Source: Podarcis tiliguerta (taxonomy: Eukaryota). From it: 64,000 nt of DNA. The notes under the pieces were generated by a model. It saw nothing but the letters and a program-made list of their open reading frames with translations. It was not told the DNA's origin and did not search any database. Numbering within the stretch: position 1 is the stretch's first letter; every line of letters begins with the position of its first letter. Of this stretch, positions 39,001 through 48,846 are shown piece by piece. The position numbers and the translations under genes are program-made. Where the stretch lies: assembly GCA_965153285.1 (NCBI GenBank), contig OZ229112.1; one strand, written 5' to 3'.

Positions 39001-40694
39001 TTTCTTCCAGATTCTCATGTCAATCATAATGGCATATTTTTTAAAGTTCACTACATTGTTACAGTTTAATATTACCTACAATGATAACAGTTAAGGACAT
39101 TTTCTCTCCCTCCCCCCCTCTAAAGCAAGGGTGAAGAATTAGTCGTCCTCCAGATCCTACTGGACAACAAGTCCCATCATCCATAACTATTGGCTAGGGC
39201 TGATGGAAATTGAAGTCCAACAACATTTAGAGGTTTCCTTATCCTTGCTCTAAAAATACAGCCACGACATCAACACCTGGAAACATGCATACCTCTCCCA
39301 ATGAAATATTTTTACACTTAAATACTACCCAATTATTCCCTCAGTGCTTAGGAATTACATACCTGAAGTATATAAAGCCAGAGTTCCAGCACTAAAAGGT
39401 GGAGTTAACGTGTCCCCCTGCCTAGTGAGTTTAACATGGTATGTGGCATAATGACACTAACGTCATCCTGTGACAGTCAGCTGAAAGCCAACTACGAACA
39501 GGCAGGCAGCTGTTTCTTTACTATCAGAAAGCAACAGGATCTCAAATATTCCAGTTCATCCTGGTTTGTAAGAAGATCCCCACTCTGCTTTTACTAGTGC
39601 TTCAGGTGTACAAGCTACAGAATTACTTCTTTACTCAAGTGGTGTTTAAAAGGCCCTTTAAAAAGATGACACATTTTCTGAACTCAGGAAGAAAACAACT
39701 GTTGGAACTGACCAGGGTCCTAATGAATTATTGCCGGAGCTACTGTATGCCTTCTATAAACACTTCAGTGTGCAGTTGAAAAGATTCAGTTCTCTCGTTC
39801 TTCATCTGTCCTGACAGAAGCCACTTCCAAAGATACTTTATGGCCATCCCTGACCTTTCAGCTATTTCACTACATTTGTCTCTGTCACTAGCCTGTGCCG
39901 TAGAGCACAACCTGACATGATGGGAGCCTCTGGACAAGAAATGGTACCCCATAGTTTTCTCTCCAATTCTTTTTTTTTTTAATTTTTAAGGAGAAAGAAA
40001 TGGGAATATGTCTCCTGAAGAGTTCTTTCTTTCTTAAAAATAGCTTTAGAAATAACTGCCATCAAGAGCAATATGTATGTAGTTAAACACACATGCTATT
40101 ACTATTTCAGTGGGCCCTAACAATACCGAATCAAACAATACTTAACCAAACAAGTAGGAACTGGATTGACAGCCAGGTGTCGAGAAAGAATGATTTAATT
40201 TTAACTCCCTGTTAATTTAACTTCCACTTCCCCAGTATTACCATGATGACTTGTTCACTTAGCATGTTGTTTTGAACAATGAAAACTTTCGTTCTTTTGT
40301 TTTTCAGCTACGGTGACTGAAAGAATGATGCAGCTGAAAAGAGGGCCTACATCCTATAATTTATTCTTTTTAGAAGGGTGGAGCGAGAGGAAATGTTTTC
40401 TTATTGTTTCCTTTTCACAAATACACATAGCAACAGCATTAGCAGCTATCCTTTTATACATAAAGAAGGCACGTAAGTGATGGATGTCTAGCTCATGGGT
40501 CAGCATACTATGTTATATAAAGGTTAAATACTGACTTTCTTCAAGCCACCTTGATAAATTTTATGTTTATAAAAATCTAACACTGCTTCTCAGCCTAGCC
40601 TAATTCATGGGGTTGTTGTGGGGATTAAATGATGAGTGGGAGAACAATGTGCACCAAGGTAAGATGTAAATGCAATGTAATAAATAAAATGTGT

Positions 40695-41176
40695 TTTATG
40701 TGGGCTAACCTTTGAAGACCACTCATAAAGTGCAGTTACTACAAAATATGGCAGCTAGGATATACTGGGGCAATGTGTGTGGAACACATCTCACTACTCT
40801 TAAAATATCTGCAGTGGTTTCTGGACCCAATTCAAGGTGCTGGCTTTGACTTTTAAAGCCTTAAATAGTGGGACCTAATATAACTCAAAGGCATGCTTTC
40901 TCCCACATGAGTCTATCCAGGTATTAACGTCCTCACTGGAAGCTACTCTGTAGGTTCTTCATGATGACCCCTCAATAGAGCTTTCTCTGTCATAGCAGCC
41001 TTGGCTTAGAATGTTCTCCCAAATAAGACCTGCTTAGTCCCATCTCTGTTTTATTTTGCAGGCAAGGCAAACACCTATTTACCCAGGCTTTTTCATGTGT
41101 ATTAGCTCCCCCCCCCGCCCCCTAGCCTGCTTTCAGTATTTTATCGTTGATCATAGAAATAGTATAAATAAATAAG
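40695..41176 (+). mobile_element. Older L2 3' fragment in intron 2
   Basis: Degenerately colinear with 35510-36078 (caaaatatggcagctagga, caattcaaggtgctggctttgacttttaaagcc); aaataaataa tail. Confidence 0.65.
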
Positions 41177-43897
41177 ATTTAGGAGTAGTTACAACACAGA
41201 TCATATGTCCAACAATTTATCCAATTTCACTTGAATTAAATTATTTAGCTGTGATCAAACAGCCGAATATACCTTACAATGAATGTTCCTATATAGATAA
41301 ACAAAGCCTCAAAAAATAAGAACTGAAGTCAGTCACTTTAAAATGATACCACTACATAATCTCCAAGTATTTGACAAGACTTCATGGAAAGGTTAGTAAA
41401 AAAATACAATCCAAACACATGCATGTGCACATACACAACACAGGTGTATCTCAGAACATTACTCTAACTACAGATGTTAATGACAGCATTAATATTTCAT
41501 AAGCATGTTTTTCTCCATTAAATCAGCTCATTACTTACATAATTACATGAGGTGATATTTGAGTAATCTCTCAAAAATATTATGACAGAGAATGTTTATT
41601 TGTGCAAATTGAGCCTACCAAAATCTACCAAAAGCTTTGTTTAGCCCATGCCTGTATAAAAGATGCTGTTCTCCAACCATTTATTTGTAAATGAGGAGTA
41701 AGTATTAGATTTATTGAGTTATATTGGCATTATTCTTGAAAGCAGAGCAGGTATCTCTTATTTTGTTTTCCATTAATGAATCAGCTGAAATCCAGACCAG
41801 TAAACAGATTATTGGATTTTGATCTGGGGCTAGCCACAAGATTGGGCAACTCACCATCTCTTGATCTTAGCCCCTCCACCCCACCTTGCCGATCAAATGA
41901 CAATTATGAGAATGTGAAAAGGAACATGGTAAAGGCCCCAAACATAGTTAAATCTGTGGCAGCACATAATGAAGAAAGTTACAGATATCTCAATTCTAAA
42001 GGGAGTGTGAGGGGCATGGAATCAAGGAAGAATAAGTATTTCCTTCTGCTAACTTTTCACTTGACAAAGGAGACTATAATGAAATCAAATGAGGATACTG
42101 GCTATCCAGATTCCTTAGAAGAATCCAGATAAGTAGTTAATTATGAGAAACAACCACAAACATTTCAAGAACTTAAAGTACTGTTCAAAACAGCCTCGGC
42201 AGTAGTTCCAGACCTGTGTGTAGTAAGACAGATGTAACCCAGTATTCTCAGAGTTCAGCGTATATAAAAGAGTAAATGGGAGCTGGACTTCCTATTCCCT
42301 ACAGCAAACCACCAGAGCCCAAAAAGCTCTACTGAGGATTAGGAGCCTCTGCTGAATGGATTATGGGGGAAGGGGAATCCCCCCCCCCCAAATCATGCCA
42401 TGGTACCTTCCATAAGTGGAACTCCCACAGGTAGAAGGTGCTTCTGCCTCATTTTGGGGGACCCCCCTTCTCCCACAGTCCATCCCACTCAGCAGAGGCT
42501 CAGACCTCTTGGTGAAGCATGTTTGGGGGCAGGGGGGTGGGTTGCAACGGCAAGCAGGAATGTCAGCTAGCTCTGTGCTTAACTCTGGATCCAATCCATT
42601 ATTTACACATATTCATGTTTGCCAATACAAAGCCAGCAATTTTAAAAAAGTTTTTTTCAGCCAGCTTGTGATGTGGCAAAGAAGATCAAACCAAGCAAGC
42701 GAGGCCACCGTAGCACAGAAAAATGATGTTAGCTACATCCTACATATTAGCTGATGTTCAGGCTCATCAATTAAGTGCCATTTGTCAACAGTTTCACAGT
42801 ATCCCCACCTAAGTCATGTGCATGGTATATACTAGGTACATTTTAAATCTTCTAATTCTGTTTCTCATAGCTAATCATTTAATTGGGCTATATGGGAGTG
42901 TGAAATAATGCAAGTCCATAGAGATAACTAGCCTATTACAAGTTTCCTGGTCATTCCCCAAAACTGTGACATCCGGATACAGTTTATATCAGTTGAAGTT
43001 CTGGTCTCCTTTCTACATGCAAGCCTTTCCATGCTGTTTGTTGTAGGAGGATACATTTAATAACTAGAAAGGAATGAATTTACACCCTCCCTTAGCTCCG
43101 TGGTCAGTTTATTTAGCCACAGTAGCAGCACAGGTTATAGCTGTTCCACCACAAGTTGCAGGACAGGGACAAAAATGATGGGCCGTCCCTACCATTATTA
43201 ACTAGCTGAACTTCACGCCTAGCTATAATAGCTACTCTATATGAAGGAATAAACAGGCAACCAATTGCTCATCCGGGATAATTTTTTCCAGCCCTTCTGA
43301 AACAACAACAAAGAATGTACCCACTCCAGAGACATGGACTGAAATATACCTGTGCGTCCAGCTACAAATAAAGGTGCACTGCCCTAGATAAACAAGTCAC
43401 ATAAATACAGGCTACTTATTTAATGACCTGGCCTTAACATCATCCTTTCTTCTTGGAACCCTATAAAGAACTGATACAATAAGCCTATTAAAAAAAAAAA
43501 CACCTTTGTCTAATAATTCAAGGAAAAGCAACCCATTTCAATGCAACCATAGTATTTCACTACCTGATCCAGGAGTAGAGAATATTATTATCTCCTACAG
43601 ACAGGTATGCTTAGAACCCAAATCTACAATACAATCTTTAGAAATTTCCATTCCTAAATTAAGTAACATTCTTGTCTATTTAGCAACGCAGACATTAGTC
43701 GATTTATGCCAGTTTGGAGATGTTTGTGCTTCCCTGTGCAGAAGGTATTTTCTCCAGGTGCATTTCTAGGGGTGAACCTTGGAAAGCCGTGGCACCCAAA
43801 CATTAGAGAATGTAGAAATCAAGAAGACAAACCCACTTCCAAGAACAATGTGATCTGGCTACCAGGTTTGAATCATCCTTTGCAAACATGTTCTTAC

Positions 43898-44080
43898 CTC
43901 TTTGCCATGTCCTGCATATTTGAAAATCAAGTTCCTTGGCAAGGAAGACTCAGCCTGGGTTACATTGCAGCCTTCTGTGCTGGGCTCCGTGGGGTGATCA
44001 TTTACAATGTAGGTACACTTGTCTTCAAATTCAGCCTCTGTCCATAGAGTCATGTCAGCATCCTTCATGTCCATTTTCAT
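43898..44080 (-). CDS. PRDM1: PRDM1 exon 2, coding part (start [30 protein letters not shown]...KYAGHGKE); full exon 43898-44147
   Basis: Translation matches the Blimp-1 N-terminus and start of the PR domain. Acceptor ttttcttttccag|GCT at 44147; donor GAG|gtaaga at 43898. ATG at 44080 has in-frame TGA stops upstream. Confidence 0.95.
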
Positions 44081-44116
44081 TATCAACTCTGGTCCTTTTC
44101 TTCACTGCTCTGGGAT

Positions 44117-45760
44117 TCACAATATACGAGCTACACAGTGTGGCAGCCTGGAAAAGAAAAGAAAATTTACTTCCCATTCCTTTCTCAGCACCTCTAGCAT
44201 TGTGACCTAAATGCTGTCTATTGGCAAATAGATGGCATTAGTGGGATAGCTGAGGACTGACACCATATACCCTATACCCTATAAATTGAGCTGCCTTCTT
44301 TGAAGGAATGCTTTCAAGAGCTGGGGCTGGTAAAAATAACAAAGTCACAAAAAGTAATAGGAAAAGCATGTCTGAGAACAGCACCTGTGCACACCTCTTT
44401 AGAACCTTCCCTCAGTATCTGAACAGTAGGGGTGGGGGGATGAATCTGCAGATTCAAGGCTTTGTGTGCAAAAGAGCCTGTGGAAAAGCTGCCTTGGAAA
44501 AGTGTCATAAACAAGGAAAGGAAAAGGAAGGAACTGCTGTCTGCGTCTGAATGGGCTAAAAATGGAAAGTGCACGTTGGACGAGCGGAACACAGGCTTGC
44601 CTTTTCCAAATGGGGAAGGCTGAACTTTCCCACCGGCTTCTAACACACAAACAACTTTCAAAAACAACGCTCCCCTCCCCTCTATTGACATCCTCTTATC
44701 CTCTGACACACAGACAGCTGAGGGAGACTGTATCCTACCAACATCAGTCTGAAAACAGCCAGTCTGAAATAACTAGAAATATCCACTTGGATCAGAAAGA
44801 GACAAAAATACAATAGTATTGTTTTCTGTGCCTTCCAACAGAATTAAATACAAAGTGCAAAATCTACCATCAATACAGGGATTGAACTGCATTAGATATG
44901 CTGTATGGCATTGGCTCACTATTTCAAACCTCAGCCATGTACTCTCTTTCCACAGGCAAGCCTCCCCTCTGCTTCAGTTTCCCATCTACAATATCAGGAA
45001 AAAAATTTTTTAGGGCTCCTATAATTGTTAGCACATACTATTTGTCTTCTACTCTCATTCAGAAAAGAACATATTTTAAAAGAGGCGGAGTAATAGTATT
45101 CTGTGGAAAAACTAAATATCTGAAGAACACACTTACAGAATTAAGTTTTACTTACCCATTAAAAAGATAATGTTAACACATCATTTTGTTTCCCCAGGTA
45201 TAAAGTTACTGGATTAAACTACAGCATTTTCCAAAACAAAGGCTTTAGGCTCCAGCATTGTACTGCTAATCCTACCAGAGATTTTCATTTGTATCTGAGT
45301 AAAGCAGGGTCATATTTCCAACTCAAAGAAGTGTTTTTCAGAAGATGAAGTGTTTGGAAGAACAAAGTTATCAACTTAATTCCACACTTCCTCACAGCAT
45401 TGAGCAGATTTAATAGTTCTTCATACGGTGCTTTTAGTGGGCTTGATGAGATCAAACCCTAGTACAATCTGAACAATACCTTTACCACTTTGTAGGCTAT
45501 GACAAGAGAACTAATACTGAAACTCAGTGAACCGGCAGTTGCCACTAGCAGTGAAAGAATTAATCATCATAAAAACAAAGGTCTCTCGAACTTAAAGAGA
45601 AAGTCTCCAAGGAGAACCTTAACAGGTTTGCCGTCTCCATTCAAAAGAGTGCTAAAATCATCTGTCTCCCGGACAGGGCTAGGAAGAAAATTTCTTACCA
45701 AGGTACAGTCCACAAATAATTCCAGCTGGCAGCGCAACGTTTCAGGTAAGTCTCACACAT
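44117..45760 (-). other. Spliced uORF2 (45760-45699 joined to 44147-44117): MCETYLKRCAASWNYLWTVPWLPHCVARIL*, 30 aa
   Basis: Read directly across the exon 1/2 junction. Starts 2 nt after the uORF1 stop and ends 36 nt before the main ATG. Confidence 0.7.
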
Positions 45761-45946
45761 ATCTACAGAGTAAACATTACTTCTTCCACTGGCCGGGTTC
45801 AAGTAATACCAATAGAGCTAGCTTCTTTTGCTTCTGCTTCTGCTTCTGGCTCTGTCTTTACTGTCAGACAGGTGCTGCTGCACTTACTGCTTCAACTTCT
45901 TTGAAACACTGGAGGGCTGAATGTTACGATACTTTCAGTCTGTGTT
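45699..45946 (-). other. PRDM1: PRDM1 exon 1 (5' leader; not in frame with the main ORF)
   Basis: Donor ACCTTG|gtaaga at 45699. The 5' end AACACAGAC...CAGCCCTCCAGTGTT resembles the mammalian mRNA start as recalled; TSS position is approximate. Confidence 0.8.
45763..45777 (-). other. uORF1 in PRDM1 leader: ATG TTT ACT CTG TAG (MFTL*)
   Basis: Read directly; first AUG of the predicted transcript. Confidence 0.75.
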
Positions 45947-46250
45947 AACCAAACAGACTCTTCCTTTCTCCTCCCTGTTTCAGGTTTCCTATTAGCCACT
46001 CATCTGATTTACTCACAGTCACGGCTGCCAAGAGCAGGGGGTGGGGCTATACCTGTAACTCACACAGGTATATCCAATGAAACTCTGATCCAGTCAGAAG
46101 GAATTTTTCCTTTCAGCAGATCACACCAATACAGTTTTTCCTGTTAACACGTATGCTTGCTAACATTCTACTGGCATCCAGCTTAACTCACATGCAAAAG
46201 GACAAACATTTGGTGGTGTAACACTAGAAACTATGACCTAGTGCTTAAAT
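45947..46250 (-). promoter_or_regulatory. PRDM1 proximal promoter (no obvious TATA box; GT/CACCC box, CCAAT, kB-like site)
   Basis: Immediately upstream of exon 1. GGGGTGGGGC at ~46038-46047, CCAAT at ~46074, GGAATTTTTCC at 46100-46110. Motif function is inferred. Confidence 0.55.
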
Positions 46251-46373
46251 CTGTTCATTTTAACTGGGCATTTTTCGAACAAACATGCTTACAATTTCCA
46301 AGAAAAAGTATTTACAACAATATTGTTCTCCAGGTTGCATATTTTCTTACAATTCTGAGTAGTTTTATATTTT

Positions 46374-46468
46374 ACAAGGTAATCTTACACATGTCTACTG
46401 AAAAGTAAGCCCCACTGAGTCCAGCAGGACTTGCTCCAAGGTAAGTGAATGTAAGATTTCAGCCTTAA
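46374..46468. repeat. Short (~95 bp) palindromic interspersed repeat; related copies at ~6115-6350 (interrupted by the hAT MITE) and 52690-52778
   Basis: aatcttacacatgtctact...aagtaagcccc...ggacttgctcc...gtaagtgaatgtaagatt self-complementary pattern recurring in the window. Confidence 0.6.
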
Positions 46469-48620
46469 CTTTGCACTATTTTAAAAGTGCATCATTTCAA
46501 AGCGGAAACTAAGCCTGCCCCTGCTTTAAGAGAGAATGGGTCATATGCTAACAGAAAGAAAAGTTCCATCAATGATGCTTTCATTAGACACAATCACTTA
46601 AAGAGCATGTTGCTGATCAAAGAAGTATTGGTGTGAATATAATTAAGAGGAACATGTGCTGTTTCTTTTTCCTCCTCTCCCTGTTAGTGAATTGCCTTGA
46701 AGGAAGGACATCCTGTGATGATGGCATACAGTGTCCTGTTTGTTTATTATTAAGCGCACAGACCTTGCATTCCTATTTCTCATTACCAAACAAACCAGAT
46801 GCCTAACTTCCTTCAGTGGTCCTTGTCCTTCATTGAGGAATCCTTCAGCTTACAACAGTTATGATGATGCATAGTTCCAATTATAGTCACTCACAATATT
46901 ACAAACATCACCCAGTCAGTTCACCAAAGGACAAGTCTCCTACTTTTCCTTTTTACATCACATCAGCAGACATGTTTTTTTTTTTATTATTATTATCATG
47001 CCTTTCCTCTTACGTGGGCAGAAACTTGTTTTGACTTGCTATAAAAATGCAAAACACAACTACCTGTCTATATGGAAATCTGCATTGTTCGAAGAAATGT
47101 CCATTCTGTCTGATGCATACACCATACCATCACCCTCCTGAAGTTCTTACAGAAGAAGGTGAAAGGGATTATATGTCATTCTAGGTGACGCAGTACTGAG
47201 AATAGTACATATCTGTGTAAAGACCTTTGGCATCTTCTAATAGAGAAGTACTCATACCGTTGGACATAAGTAGGACAACAGCGCCAAACAAGTGTCCTGG
47301 CTTAACTGTTACTGGTACGTAATTCCACAAGAAAGGTGGTAAGGGCATCACGCTGATGGGTATAAAGGTAATTGGATATGCAGTAGGAAGAAACATTTGT
47401 TTAAAGCAAAGAAATCTGGCCACCTTGACTTGGGTAATTAACTGATGCTGAGATAGAATCAGAGGACTATTAACAACAATAGAGGCTACTTAAAAACATA
47501 CTCAGCATTGACATAGTAAGCCTGTGGCCTATAGATATATGGTAACCCACACACCAACACATTCCTGTAGCTACTCAGAAATACATTGATTTGGGGAGGG
47601 ATCTTCATAACCTCAGCTTTATCACATGGCTGGAAGTTACAAATGGCTAGCTCTCCAAATCAGGAGTATAAATTAAAATGACCACCCCCACAGCTAATGG
47701 TTGTCTCTTTTCATTCAGGGTGGCCAGTGATCAGTTTCTGTCTATTGCTCCCATAACATCTGTGGGAACAAATCATGTAAATCATGTGACTGACATGGTT
47801 TCTTCCCACCATGTCACTGTCCTACAGTGATGGGCAACCTTAGATATCCATGGCAACTGACATGACAGCTTCCTATAAATGTTACTTCTAATAAGCAACA
47901 GAACTTGTCCTACAGAAGCAGTGAACATGCAACTCATGTAACATGAAGTGGCCTGAATCACTTCACATGGAGTGGAAAAACAATGTAGTCATACTGAAGC
48001 TGTCTACCCCACCCACTATACCAAGATATAAGTCTCACTTTGACATGGACATGTCTCAGAGCTTTCTAGGTCCCTGGTAATTTAAAAATAAAAAGAAATT
48101 ACAAAAACAAAATTATTAACAAACAACTTTTCAACGCAGGCTTTTTCTTGCCCCATCACTAAAAAAGAATGGTGATTCTTCTTGCCTATCATGAAATAGC
48201 TATTTTGCTTTTCATTTGATAGAAACAATGACAGTGGGTGTTGGAAGGCTAAACTCTGTTTGCCCACCATTGATTGTGTGGGCACTGAAGATATTCAGCA
48301 GAGTACAAAAGCGAGCTGCCGGCACAGCATTAATTACCATTGTAGAGCACAGTTGCAGTTACTGCTCCTATGCACATACCTGCGTTACACTAGGACTAAG
48401 GACACTTAGGATCCAATCTCTGTTCAGCCATTCAATATATGCTAGACTAACCTACCACAGCAGTTAAAATGCGGGTGGGAGAAAACCATGTATGCTAGTT
48501 AAAAAATTTTGAGGAATTTTTATATAAAAGGTGGAGCTCATATGTGATGCCGCAATGAAAAATGAGATATACCACTTCCCCCTGCCCCTTTTGCCTTGTG
48601 ATTACATTGCCATCAGTGTA

Positions 48621-48846
48621 CAGTGGTACCTCAGGTTAAGAACTTAATTCGTTCCAGAGGTCCGTTCTTAACCTGAAATGGTTCTTAACCTGAGGCGTGC
48701 TTTCGCTAATGGGGCCTCTTGCTGCCGCTGCACCACTGTCGCACGATTTCCGTTCTTATCCTGGGGCAAAGTTCTTAACCTGGAGCAACCACTTCCTGGT
48801 TAGCAGAGTCTGTAACCTGAAGTGTCTGTAACCTGAGGTACCACTG
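48621..48846. mobile_element. Tc1/mariner (Tigger-like) MITE
   Basis: Perfect 18-bp TIR CAGTGGTACCTCAGGTTA / TAACCTGAGGTACCACTG with TA on both sides; internal TAACCTGA repeats. Confidence 0.92.

Noticed and set aside
44081-44119. Stop-codon readthrough fusing uORF2 to PRDM1 (same frame)
   Set aside because: Two in-frame TGA codons intervene, neither in a TGA-CTA(G) readthrough context.
45499-45948. 149-aa + strand ORF antisense to exon 1
   Set aside because: No recognisable domain, and it includes a simple-repeat-derived FCFCFC tract. An antisense RNA cannot be excluded but is unsupported.
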